Below, piece after piece: positions 21,169 to 29,345 of a stretch of 64,000 nucleotides of DNA. The notes under the pieces are model-generated. The model worked only from the letters and a program-made list of their open reading frames with translations. It made no database searches and was not told where the DNA came from. Each line of letters opens with the position of its first letter. Within the stretch, counting starts at the first letter, position 1. The translations under genes and the position numbers were made by a program. Source of the stretch: Escherichia phage LorandFenyves_Bas91; sequence record PQ850614.1; one strand, 5' to 3'.

Positions 21169-21231
21169 CGCTTATACCGATAAGAGTACTATATAATATA
21201 AGTATCTTTGGTAGTAGATATAACACACTAG

Positions 21232-21240
21232 TAATGTATA
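21232..21240 (+). promoter_or_regulatory. TAATGTATA box in + orientation (no + strand ORF downstream)
   Basis: Exact 9-mer, divergent from the 21160 copy. It points into an ORF-free, hairpin-rich 275-bp tract. Confidence 0.35.
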
Positions 21241-21336
21241 TATTGTATAGCTGATAAAGTTATTGCAGGCTTGTATATTGGGCAATTCACAGAATCCCTT
21301 GCAAGTACCGAAGGGCAGGAGCCACCTGCGAGATAA

Positions 21337-21402
21337 AAATAGAGAATTAAGGAATCCTTGATTTAGGTTGTAGGGACTCCTAGGGACTTTGATTCTCTAT
21401 TT
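21337..21402. other. nested stem-loop with internal TAGGGACT direct repeat
   Basis: AAATAGAGAAT (21337-47) pairs with ATTCTCTATTT (21392-402). Inside are AAGGA/TCCTT and TAGGGACTCC-TAGGGACTTT. On the minus strand it is followed by TTTTTAT (terminator-like). Confidence 0.5.
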
Positions 21403-21516
21403 AAAAGAATATTAATTACTTATTACCTAAATAATTAACTAACTTACTTAAACCAAATTCAAGAATAATAGATAAAAAGATTATTCCTAAGAAAGCTAAA
21501 AAGTAAAGGATATAAG

Positions 21517-21699
21517 TTACCATTCAAGTAAACCTTTAAAGTTAGTTTGTTCTACTATCCTCTGATAATGAAGATTAGAATCAGCTTGTTTCTTTAACAT
21601 CTCATTATATTGATCTCTGATAGAGTCTTTATAAACTACAGGTTCTTTAAATACTGAGATCTTCTTTTTCTCAGAGTTCAGAGGTATATTTTCTTTCAT
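21517..21699 (-). CDS. hypothetical protein (60 aa)
   Basis: Track ORF that overlaps the upstream HNH gene end by 29 nt. No motif recognised. Confidence 0.4.
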   Translation of the reverse strand: MKENIPLNSEKKKISVFKEPVVYKDSIRDQYNEMLKKQADSNLHYQRIVEQTNFKGLLEW

Positions 21700-22153
21700 A
21701 TTCCACTCTATTTTTAGTTGCTTCTTCTAAAGTATCAAAAGACCCTAAGTACTTAGTTCTACCCTTAATTGAGATGTTTGATATGTATTTACCCTTTCTG
21801 TTTAGATAAACACCTTTTACACCAGAGGTGTTATTAATGTTCAACCCTTTATTCCAAGAGTTTACTTCATTATTAACTTCCCTTAGATTAGAGATAGAGT
21901 CATTTGAAGGGTTTCTATCAATATGGTCTATCTGATCTTCAGGTAAATAACCCTTAGCAGAGTACCAAATCACATGATACCTGTACACTTGATGGCCTTT
22001 AATCCTTATCAGGCATCTTCCGTCTTTTCTGATAGACCCTACTTCCATTCCTTTCCTACATTTTGTCCCGTTATGAACCTTCCAGAAAACTTTCCCAGAA
22101 GATAAATCACAATCAAAATATTTGTCAAGGAGTTCCTCTATCATATCAAACAT
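21671..22153 (-). CDS. HNH homing endonuclease with AP2-type DNA-binding domain
   Basis: HVIWY...DQIDHIDRNPSNDSISNLREV (HNH_3-like), then SGVKGVYLNRKGKYISNISIKGRTKYLGSFDTLEEA (AP2-like). Confidence 0.8.
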   Translation of the reverse strand: MFDMIEELLDKYFDCDLSSGKVFWKVHNGTKCRKGMEVGSIRKDGRCLIRIKGHQVYRYHVIWYSAKGYLPEDQIDHIDRNPSNDSISNLREVNNEVNSWNKGLNINNTSGVKGVYLNRKGKYISNISIKGRTKYLGSFDTLEEATKNRVEYERKYTSEL

Positions 22154-22356
22154 CCATCACAGGTAAGATCTCCGAGAAGGGACAGTGATAACAAACGAGA
22201 CTGCTCATCGCTATACAGTTGATCAATCTCTTCTTTAAGTTTTGCCAACTCAATGAAATTGATAAGTTGACCATGTTCAAGACAGTCTGTTTTTAGTATA
22301 AATAAAACTTCAGCGTCTGTTGAATCTTCACTTGAATATTTATCAATGTATTCCAT
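22141..22356 (-). CDS. hypothetical protein (71 aa)
   Basis: Track ORF packed against same-strand neighbours. Confidence 0.55.
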   Translation of the reverse strand: MEYIDKYSSEDSTDAEVLFILKTDCLEHGQLINFIELAKLKEEIDQLYSDEQSRLLSLSLLGDLTCDGCLI

Positions 22357-22358
22357 TT

Positions 22359-22580
22359 TTATGCCACATCTCCTTGTTTGTTGTTAATAACATCCAGTGC
22401 TGTATACGCTTTACCTGTTCCTAAGTATTCTAGAACTGGAGGACTCTTCTTTTCTTCAGCGACTACATAAGGTGTGATCTTCCCTTTCAGTACAGCCTGA
22501 GATGCTTTAGCACTGTCTTCAGATATGTGAATAGTAGTAAGCCCTTTCTTTCCAATTCTATAAGTGTGAACCCAAATCAT
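22359..22580 (-). CDS. hypothetical protein (73 aa)
   Basis: Track ORF with a 4-nt overlap with the next gene. Confidence 0.55.
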   Translation of the reverse strand: MIWVHTYRIGKKGLTTIHISEDSAKASQAVLKGKITPYVVAEEKKSPPVLEYLGTGKAYTALDVINNKQGDVA

Positions 22581-22744
22581 ACTTCTTCCTTATATTCCCA
22601 ATTTCTTTCATAATACCCAGAGTTGTAGTTTAGGGCGCACCTCTCGGCCTCTTCTATGTCGTCAGTGTTTAGGATATTTACCCATCCTCCAACTTCATCA
22701 AAACCTTCTTCTACTTCGTTAACCCATACACTATACTTTTTCAT
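22577..22744 (-). CDS. hypothetical protein (55 aa)
   Basis: Start moved to ATG 22744 (MKKYSVWV...), forming an ATGA overlap with the upstream small ORF. Confidence 0.5.
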   Translation of the reverse strand: MKKYSVWVNEVEEGFDEVGGWVNILNTDDIEEAERCALNYNSGYYERNWEYKEEV

Positions 22745-22917
22745 CGAGAAGTTCTTCCCCAATCTTTTACATAGCATCGACCGTTAACCCACTTTGTCTC
22801 TGACTTAAATTCTTGAGACAATCTCACTTCACAGTCTTCTCTACTGGCATCTCCTCCGATATCAATCAGATACAGGAATAGAGCTATACCTAAAGCCCAA
22901 AGAATTATCTTCTTCAT
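22741..22917 (-). CDS. small membrane protein (58 aa)
   Basis: Below the track threshold. MKKIILWALGIALFLYLIDIGG (TMD/signal). ATGA overlaps at both ends. Confidence 0.5.
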   Translation of the reverse strand: MKKIILWALGIALFLYLIDIGGDASREDCEVRLSQEFKSETKWVNGRCYVKDWGRTSR

Positions 22918-23306
22918 CGAATCACCAAAGGCTCTTCAGAGTACACAGGAGCGGCTATTTCTACAGGAGGTGCTGCCCTAAGGTCATTAAGTCTTACGCC
23001 CTTCAGCATACCGTCTAGGTGGTCCTTTTTGGGGATTCCAACAGGGAAGTCGTCAATCCAGATATCTACAAAGAAACCTAGCTGTCGGCATACCTCATCC
23101 TTCTGGACACCATTACAAAAGATGATAGGAATCTGCAAACACTCTGCATCAATCTTGATGTCATGATTATCGTACCCATTAGGCTCTGCAAAGCGATAAG
23201 TTACAAAGCGTACATCATAGCCCTTTTCTTGCATTAATGCCACCACAGAGCGCCACAGCTTTTTATCTGAGGTGTAAGTGTCATCGTAATCTAAACCAAT
23301 ATTCAT
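22914..23306 (-). CDS. HAD-superfamily phosphatase-like protein
   Basis: Start moved to ATG 23306 (AAGGA RBS after the terminator). N-terminal DxDxT motif (GLDYDDTYT). Confidence 0.55.
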   Translation of the reverse strand: MNIGLDYDDTYTSDKKLWRSVVALMQEKGYDVRFVTYRFAEPNGYDNHDIKIDAECLQIPIIFCNGVQKDEVCRQLGFFVDIWIDDFPVGIPKKDHLDGMLKGVRLNDLRAAPPVEIAAPVYSEEPLVIR

Positions 23307-23323
23307 GTCAAATCCTTTAGACA

Positions 23324-23348
23324 AGAAAAGCCGCCCGAAGGCAGCTTC
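23324..23348 (-). terminator. intrinsic terminator
   Basis: Minus strand GCTGCC-ttcg-GGCGGC followed by TTTTCTT. Confidence 0.55.
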
Positions 23349-23352
23349 TTAT

Positions 23353-23529
23353 TTAACTGTTCACTTTAGCTTCAAGTGTTTCGTTTTCAATACTCAAGTC
23401 AATCACTACACCAGTAAGCTCAACGACTGCTTGGCGAAGGGCATCTTTACCCATAGAGTGTACTTGAGATAAGAAGAAAGCTTTACCTTCTTCAGTGGAT
23501 AGGGTTTCTTTTAATTCAGAAGCAGTCAT
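23353..23529 (-). CDS. small helical protein (58 aa), hypothetical
   Basis: Below the track threshold. AAGGA RBS. MTASELKETLSTEEGKAFFLSQVH... Confidence 0.5.
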   Translation of the reverse strand: MTASELKETLSTEEGKAFFLSQVHSMGKDALRQAVVELTGVVIDLSIENETLEAKVNS

Positions 23530-23538
23530 TGATATTCC

Positions 23539-23706
23539 TTATGTTATGTTATAAATTCGCATGATTGTACCACCATTGGCTTCAATAGCAGCAACCATTT
23601 GGTTTCGTTCTTCATCCGTGTAAACTAACACACTTCTAAACTCACCTGTTGCATCAGTATAAAGGATGTTATATTTCGGAGGTGGCTTACGGTAAATACC
23701 TTCCAT
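23539..23706 (-). CDS. hypothetical protein (55 aa)
   Basis: Start moved to ATG 23706 (GGAGAAAGAG RBS). Confidence 0.5.
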   Translation of the reverse strand: MEGIYRKPPPKYNILYTDATGEFRSVLVYTDEERNQMVAAIEANGGTIMRIYNIT

Positions 23707-23834
23707 CACTCTTTCTCCTCTCGCTCTTTCCACAGTTCGGCTAGCTCTAGATAGAACTCAGCCTCATCAGGACGACCTTGTTCATTACAGATGGCGCTCT
23801 GACGATAACACCAATCCGATGGCATCTCTTCCAC
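23706..23834 (-). CDS. small ORF (42 aa, GTG start), hypothetical
   Basis: AAGGAG RBS 6 nt before GTG. Its stop overlaps the next ATG (TGATG). Confidence 0.35.
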   Translation of the reverse strand: MEEMPSDWCYRQSAICNEQGRPDEAEFYLELAELWKEREEKE

Positions 23835-23889
23835 TTCAATCTCCTTGTTACGAACCAATCAATAAGAATAGTTCATTCGTCTTATTTAT

Positions 23890-24084
23890 TCACTCTACCA
23901 ATGCAGGTACTTCTATCCTTTTAACTGTGAATGTCTTGTTTGGAAACTTTCGAACTAGCTCTGCTGCTTTGGTTATTGCTAAGTTCTCTGTCTCAAAGAT
24001 ACACAGTTGACCATTTAATGCTACGAGAGTGGAGCCACCGCTGAAGACGGCCCAAGATTCATAATAACCACGAACACTCATCAC
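23890..24084 (-). CDS. hypothetical protein (64 aa)
   Basis: Track ORF with a 4-nt overlap with its upstream neighbour. Confidence 0.55.
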   Translation of the reverse strand: MMSVRGYYESWAVFSGGSTLVALNGQLCIFETENLAITKAAELVRKFPNKTFTVKRIEVPALVE

Positions 24085-24449
24085 TCAACCTCGATACTAT
24101 ATAGAGTTTTCAGTGTATCTTTAATCCAAGCCCGTCGTTTTGGATTCTTATGATGTGCCCCGTTTTCCCTATCTCTAAAATACTGATCACATCCGAATGG
24201 GTATGTTGGGTCCAAAAACTTTTCTTGATTAAACATATTCTTCATGTCGTCAATATCTAAATGCTTTGTGAAATAGTAATACCTCTTATAACAGCGAAAG
24301 TTGAAGCATAATCCGTGATCTTCACTAAACCATTTTGGATAAATTCCAGTCTTAGTTATTTCATAATATTGGAGGAGGAAATCCTCCATCCCCCTCTCTT
24401 TAGCTAAACATCTCAATGTTCTGTAGATGATATTGGTTTCTTTCATCAC
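24081..24449 (-). CDS. hypothetical protein (122 aa)
   Basis: Track ORF immediately downstream of the polymerase gene. Confidence 0.6.
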   Translation of the reverse strand: MMKETNIIYRTLRCLAKERGMEDFLLQYYEITKTGIYPKWFSEDHGLCFNFRCYKRYYYFTKHLDIDDMKNMFNQEKFLDPTYPFGCDQYFRDRENGAHHKNPKRRAWIKDTLKTLYSIEVE

Positions 24450-24454
24450 TCACC

Positions 24455-26299
24455 TTAGTGTGTATGCATCCAGTTAAGTCCAATCTGACAATCAGATGCC
24501 AGAGGACATTCCATATTCAGATACTCGCCAGCTTTCTTAACACAAAGCTCGGTGTGCTCTTTGAGTTTCTGTACATCATTACGGTTTACTGAGAATTGAC
24601 CTTCATCGTGCATATCAATTACCTTAGCACAACGAACCTTATCTTTCTCAATCCACTTGTTAAGGAACATCATAGCATATTTCATAACAACAGCACCAGC
24701 ACATTGCAGGAGTGTGTTAAGGGCTTTATGAACCATAACCTTACCAGTGGCATCCCGTCTCATTGTAATCTTACGACCATCAACTCCAATCAAGTATCCT
24801 TGAGCAGCTTTCTCTGTCATACGATCAATGAGGATTGCAATACATGGATTCTCTGCCAAGAAACGTGCTCGCATCACTGAACCTTCGTCAGCCCCACCAC
24901 CTACAATTGAACCAAGCTTAGCGTCGCCAGCACCATAGTTAAATGCATAGATAAACGTCTTAGCGTTGTCACGAGTAGGAAGACCAGCAAGTTTCTGGTT
25001 GTGGGAGTGGATATCACCTTCAAGGAGAATATCACGATACATAATAGCAGAAGCTAAACCACGTTCTGCCAGAGCTTTCTTAGCTGGGTTGTTCTCTTCG
25101 ATTGCCTCAGCAAGCATATCCCTACACTCTTTAATGAGGTAGTGAGCGAGCATACGAAGTTCAAGTCCAGAACCATCATACCCTAAGAATACTTCTTTAC
25201 CAGCGGGTATGTAATATTTGTAAGCGCCTACAGGTTTGTCTTTCTTCCCCGGCTTACCTTTCTCGTAAATTACGTTAGTACCTTTTCGTATATAACAACC
25301 ATCAGGAACAACGTTAGTAATAACGAAAGGACGAGAGTGATCACTGTCTGAGTTATAGTCAGACTCAAACAAACTGCGACACTCGTGACCAAACAGACCA
25401 CGGGAGGGAATATTAACCACGATACGATGTTTGAATCGAAAAGTCGGCGTAGCGCAGCTGTTAGCTTCTGCCGAAAGTTTACCATCTTCGCGTTCCTTTG
25501 CTATGAGTCCACTGATAAGACCTAGCCTGTGAGCCGCTACAACGCGTCTCTTAAGCAAACTTCCGACACTCCCTAGCTCACCCCCTAACCCTTCTTCAAG
25601 AGTCTCCTCGAGGTTTGTAGGAGCTGTAGGCCACTTGTTTGATGTGGCTAGTGCTTTCTTAATCTCATCAAACGTTACAGGATTACGGCGATTAGGGTTC
25701 AACCCCAAACCAAATACGTAAGCCTTCATGTAATTCTTAGTCTTAAACCTGAAATGCTTTTCTAAGAACTTCTTAATATCAGCGTCAACCATCTCGGCTG
25801 TCTGCTTCTGCTTAGCATTGCCTCGCATCCAAGCAGTATACCATGCTTGGTATGTTCCATACTTTCTCATATCTTTCTTAATTTCGAAAGTATTCCAAGG
25901 CTTCTTAGATACGTTAAACTCTGGAGGAAGAAAGCCCTCATCCATAAGAGCTTCTTTAACTCGTGCATCTTTCGATGGGTCAAAGTCTACGTATTCGACA
26001 CAGGTGAAAGCTCCACCAATATCTTCTCTCTTCAGCCCAACCCTATCACAATAGGCTTGAGGCCACTTCTGTAAAGCTCCAGACTTCTTAAATGGCTTCA
26101 TGTAAGTAGAGCCATCTAATCTCATCTTAGGTAAGAGAGGAATCAACTCTCTGTCAATATTAACAATAATCTCTTTAAGGAGGTGAACATACCACCGAGC
26201 ATTTCTTCGGTTGAAACTCACTCCGTGCTTTGCTTGCTTAGAGATTATATCAGCGACAGTCATCTCTGTCAAAAATGGAAGAGCGTCCGGGTTGCTCAC
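24455..26299 (-). CDS. family A DNA polymerase, polymerase (thumb/palm/fingers) portion only
   Basis: Motif A LGYDGSGLELRMLAHY, motif B RDNAKTFIYAFNYGAG, motif C VIDMHDEGQF. No exonuclease motifs in this ORF. Confidence 0.9.
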   Translation of the reverse strand: MSNPDALPFLTEMTVADIISKQAKHGVSFNRRNARWYVHLLKEIIVNIDRELIPLLPKMRLDGSTYMKPFKKSGALQKWPQAYCDRVGLKREDIGGAFTCVEYVDFDPSKDARVKEALMDEGFLPPEFNVSKKPWNTFEIKKDMRKYGTYQAWYTAWMRGNAKQKQTAEMVDADIKKFLEKHFRFKTKNYMKAYVFGLGLNPNRRNPVTFDEIKKALATSNKWPTAPTNLEETLEEGLGGELGSVGSLLKRRVVAAHRLGLISGLIAKEREDGKLSAEANSCATPTFRFKHRIVVNIPSRGLFGHECRSLFESDYNSDSDHSRPFVITNVVPDGCYIRKGTNVIYEKGKPGKKDKPVGAYKYYIPAGKEVFLGYDGSGLELRMLAHYLIKECRDMLAEAIEENNPAKKALAERGLASAIMYRDILLEGDIHSHNQKLAGLPTRDNAKTFIYAFNYGAGDAKLGSIVGGGADEGSVMRARFLAENPCIAILIDRMTEKAAQGYLIGVDGRKITMRRDATGKVMVHKALNTLLQCAGAVVMKYAMMFLNKWIEKDKVRCAKVIDMHDEGQFSVNRNDVQKLKEHTELCVKKAGEYLNMECPLASDCQIGLNWMHTH

Positions 26300-26315
26300 T
26301 TTATACTCCTTTAAA

Positions 26316-26738
26316 TTATTGGTAAAGTAAATCTGTAAATGCTTGGTTATCTTCTACTACATTCAACATGGTAGCTTCATCACTATAAGCCCTAACCGTC
26401 CCGTTGACAACTGTCCAAGGAGGAGGTGGAGGTGGTGTATGGTTAGCCCTAGCTTCACGAGGTTGCTCTCGTACTAAATGAGCCACAACCCTTTGGTTAG
26501 CGACTTCTTCTCTTTCTCTAATAGCTCTCTGGATATAGGCCAGCTTCATGCCCCAAGCTTCTTCAAACTCTTGAGGATGCTTATCACTGATAACCACATA
26601 CTGACGTTCAGAAATACCAGAGCGAATCTCTGATAATAATTCATGGAACAAATCTAGTTCGTGCTCAGTGAGATTCATTTCAATATCATCCCACTTTAGA
26701 ACTAGGAAACGGTTTTGGTGTCTAGCTGGTAATGGCAT
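26316..26738 (-). CDS. hypothetical protein (140 aa)
   Basis: Track ORF containing a PPPPPP run. No recognisable domain. Confidence 0.6.
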   Translation of the reverse strand: MPLPARHQNRFLVLKWDDIEMNLTEHELDLFHELLSEIRSGISERQYVVISDKHPQEFEEAWGMKLAYIQRAIREREEVANQRVVAHLVREQPREARANHTPPPPPPWTVVNGTVRAYSDEATMLNVVEDNQAFTDLLYQ

Positions 26739-26741
26739 AAC

Positions 26742-27026
26742 TCAACCTCTTGGGAATGGCATCAAAAATTCCACAGCAGATTTAATTTCACTATTGATTC
26801 TTGAATCACGATAAGAGATAAACTTACCTTTGCTATCACGTAACATCACATGAGTTCTGGCTGTTTTGTGAGGGAGTAGTGTGACACTAGTTGGGATAGT
26901 ATCAATCCCTACAGCGTATTTGTCAATAGTCTTACTTTCAGCCAACAGATAAGACCAAGTACGCGGTTTCTTCTCCGGGCGGTTGGGGTATGTGTCTCGA
27001 ATCTGTACCATAGCTAACTTATTCAT
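26742..27026 (-). CDS. hypothetical protein, tandem paralog 1
   Basis: C-terminus KTARTHVMLRDSKGKFISYRDS...SAVEFLMPFPRG matches the next gene. Confidence 0.6.
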   Translation of the reverse strand: MNKLAMVQIRDTYPNRPEKKPRTWSYLLAESKTIDKYAVGIDTIPTSVTLLPHKTARTHVMLRDSKGKFISYRDSRINSEIKSAVEFLMPFPRG

Positions 27027-27027
27027 A

Positions 27028-27282
27028 TTAAACTCCTTTAGGGAATGGAATGAGATTTTCTACTGCAACACGGAAAGATTTTTCTACGTTCTTATTCTTA
27101 TAAGAGATAAATTTTCCATCAGCTCCGCGAAGGAGTACGTTAGTGCGAGCTGTTTTTGGGTTAATCTCAATCATCCGTTCGATGATCTTGTTTGATTTGT
27201 TGTGGTGGTTAGTGAAAGTCCACTTAACAACCTTGCCATCTCTGGTTACATCAAAAATATTTACGATTTTTACAATAGACAT
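27028..27282 (-). CDS. hypothetical protein, tandem paralog 2
   Basis: C-terminus KTARTNVLLRGADGKFISYKNK...VAVENLIPFPKGV. Confidence 0.6.
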   Translation of the reverse strand: MSIVKIVNIFDVTRDGKVVKWTFTNHHNKSNKIIERMIEINPKTARTNVLLRGADGKFISYKNKNVEKSFRVAVENLIPFPKGV

Positions 27283-27314
27283 ACTTATTACCTAGGAAGT
27301 TTAGTTTGGTTTAT

Positions 27315-27347
27315 ATAAAAGAAAAGGCCACCCATTTGGGTAGCCTT
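27315..27347 (-). terminator. intrinsic terminator
   Basis: Minus strand AAGGCTACCC-aaat-GGGTGGCCTT followed by TTCTTTT. Confidence 0.6.
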
Positions 27348-27350
27348 ATA

Positions 27351-27668
27351 TTACGATGAGCTTAAAGCTCCTTTGCGTGCTCCAGCTGCTTTTCCAGCTC
27401 GATCACCACTTTTGCCGCCGTTTGAACGGTTTGAGCTGACTGATTCAACACGTAAGTTGCTTGACGCATTAGAGCCTCCAGACTTGACAGCTCGTTTGTG
27501 TCCAACGTCTTTACCTCTGACAGCAGCTTTTCCATCGCGCTTTTCAACGATGCGACGTGCACGGTGGCGCTGAGCATCTCCGCTCTTGCTCCCAACGCCT
27601 GTCTCACCACGGGCAATTGCGGTACGTCTTTCTTGTGCATAATCTCTCTTTCCTACATGGTCTGCCAT
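27351..27668 (-). CDS. highly basic G/K/R/S/A-rich small protein
   Basis: AAGGAG RBS 6 nt before ATG, preceded by a TAATGTATA box and followed by a terminator. 105 aa, low complexity. Confidence 0.65.
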   Translation of the reverse strand: MADHVGKRDYAQERRTAIARGETGVGSKSGDAQRHRARRIVEKRDGKAAVRGKDVGHKRAVKSGGSNASSNLRVESVSSNRSNGGKSGDRAGKAAGARKGALSSS

Positions 27669-27704
27669 TTAGAACTCCTTAATATATCAGTGTACACTAA
27701 GGAG

Positions 27705-27713
27705 TATACATTA
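27705..27713 (-). promoter_or_regulatory. TAATGTATA box
   Basis: Exact 9-mer on the minus strand, 37 nt before ATG 27668, in the gap after phoH. Confidence 0.5.
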
Positions 27714-27724
27714 TAAGTTACTGT

Positions 27725-28462
27725 TTAAGCTTTCTTTTCCATTGCTTTAACAATCGCCTTACAGAAACCAGAACGAACAATATCATCCGATTCACCGTCT
27801 ACAATCTCAGCAAACTCATACAGATCATGTTCATCAATAAAGTTGGTAGCCCAAGTAAGACCACTCTCACGACCACGCATATCATGCTGGTTAGTATCAC
27901 CCATGCAGAACAGCTGAGAGGTTTCTCCCAATCGAGTCATGATTGAGAAGGCTTCATCTTTAGTGGTGTTCTGGAACTCATCAACAATAACAATAGCATC
28001 ATTGAAAGAACGACCACGGAGATATTCCAGAGGTACGAACTCAATGTTGCTATTACCAAGTTGGCATTCATAGAACCCCTTACCATATCGCTGAGTGATA
28101 ACATCAATGATAGGCATCAGGTATGGTTCAAACTTCTCACGCATTCCTCCCGGAAGTAACCCAAGAGAGTTGCCCATGCCAACCGAAGGGCGACTCAGAA
28201 TGATCTTCTGAATCTTACCACTCTTCAGTGCATCAATAACCGTGGAAGTGATTACAAAGGTCTTACCACAGCCCGCAGGAGCGTCTGTGAACACAACTTG
28301 TTTAGTCTTAATAGCATTGAGTAGCTCAGACTGAAACTGGTTCTGAGGGACTACAGGCTTTGCTAAAAGCACCTCTTCATACTCTCGCTTACCTTTACGA
28401 GTAACAAGTGCTTCCCGACGAAGGTCTTTCCGTGATTCTTTCCGTGATTGACGACGACTCAT
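27725..28462 (-). CDS. phoH: PhoH-like ATPase
   Basis: Walker A APAGCGKTF, Walker B IVIVDEFQN, and the PhoH-typical LGLLPG...EK motif. Confidence 0.85.
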   Translation of the reverse strand: MSRRQSRKESRKDLRREALVTRKGKREYEEVLLAKPVVPQNQFQSELLNAIKTKQVVFTDAPAGCGKTFVITSTVIDALKSGKIQKIILSRPSVGMGNSLGLLPGGMREKFEPYLMPIIDVITQRYGKGFYECQLGNSNIEFVPLEYLRGRSFNDAIVIVDEFQNTTKDEAFSIMTRLGETSQLFCMGDTNQHDMRGRESGLTWATNFIDEHDLYEFAEIVDGESDDIVRSGFCKAIVKAMEKKA

Positions 28463-28644
28463 TTACGCTCTCCAATTTCTTCGTAATGACACTCAGTAGT
28501 TAAGCAGTCTTTACAGATTGCTGTATAAACCCTGACGTTAGTAAATCGTTTATTCTTCCCTTTGGTTGGAGAGCCTTTGGCAAGCTCTCTGATAACCTTG
28601 TTACTTAAATGAAGGTTTGTTCCTTCACATCTAGAGCACTTCAT
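28459..28644 (-). CDS. zinc-ribbon protein (61 aa)
   Basis: CSRC...CKDC cysteine pairs. Confidence 0.55.
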   Translation of the reverse strand: MKCSRCEGTNLHLSNKVIRELAKGSPTKGKNKRFTNVRVYTAICKDCLTTECHYEEIGERK

Positions 28645-28960
28645 GGTTCATATCTTTATGAATCCTGTAAACAGCTGTCGCCATACAAGCAACAGCCTCA
28701 TTATGTGGGAGGTGCATTCCTGTAGAACCATCCCAATCTTTGAACTCAGCGTCAAAGACTCCGGTAGGCTCTGGATACAGAGCTTGCAGCTCCACTAGAT
28801 CATTAGCAACTTGTTGCCATTTATCATCAGACCAGATAGGGTCATCCAACCAGTAATACAAATAGGAATGGATGATCAATTGCCTTCTATACCGATTGAT
28901 TACTTCAGCTGGACTTATCTCACTTCCATTTGAAGTCCTAAATGTATTACCGTCGATCAT
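28631..28960 (-). CDS. hypothetical protein with a segment resembling the N-terminal Ia domain of NAD-dependent DNA ligase
   Basis: LIIHSYLYYWLDDPIWSDDKWQQVANDLVELQALYPE resembles the LigA pattern YY..D.P.isD.eYD.L...L..lE..yPe, by eye only. Confidence 0.55.
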   Translation of the reverse strand: MIDGNTFRTSNGSEISPAEVINRYRRQLIIHSYLYYWLDDPIWSDDKWQQVANDLVELQALYPEPTGVFDAEFKDWDGSTGMHLPHNEAVACMATAVYRIHKDMNHEVL

Positions 28961-29163
28961 TATGAAAATTTCCGTTCTGTTAAAAAGTATATAACTTCAC
29001 CATCCGGAGACCGAACTTTCTCTCCGTTTACCAACTTCTTGGCGTCTTCATATGAAGAACAATCTAAAGCAGGGTTATCAGGTGTTGGTTTCCTTAGGAA
29101 ATATTTCCAAGTCCAACGCTCTCCGTCATCGTCTTGGCAGTCAAGAGTCCACAAAGTTTTCAT
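28960..29163 (-). CDS. hypothetical protein (67 aa)
   Basis: Track ORF packed against its neighbours. Confidence 0.55.
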   Translation of the reverse strand: MKTLWTLDCQDDDGERWTWKYFLRKPTPDNPALDCSSYEDAKKLVNGEKVRSPDGEVIYFLTERKFS

Positions 29164-29345
29164 TTCACAACCTTAAATTTGAATGTTGTTGGGTGATAAT
29201 AGTGCAACCTGTTAATGGTGTGCTTTGTTTCAAGATATATCCTACAAGAGTGACACATGACATGAGACAGACCAGTCACAGAGTTGGGTTTGAAGTTGGC
29301 GATAGGCTTCTCTTTCTTACAGAAGCTACAGACTTTCTTTTCCAT
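29160..29345 (-). CDS. zinc-finger protein (61 aa)
   Basis: Start moved to ATG 29345 (GGAGAAAAG RBS). CSFC...CHSC. Confidence 0.5.
   Translation of the reverse strand: MEKKVCSFCKKEKPIANFKPNSVTGLSHVMCHSCRIYLETKHTINRLHYYHPTTFKFKVVK

Noticed and set aside
24596-26074. Plus-strand ORFs antisense to minus-strand genes. Examples inside the polymerase gene are 24596..24880, 25818..26054 and 25847..26074. The same applies to 17693, 18321, 19569, 29052, 30033, 30139, 32776, 34132, 35377, 40158-41010, 42974, 43616, 44072, 46058, 49646 and 57171.
   Set aside because: Each overlaps a motif-supported or tightly packed minus-strand gene. None has an RBS or fits the operon structure.
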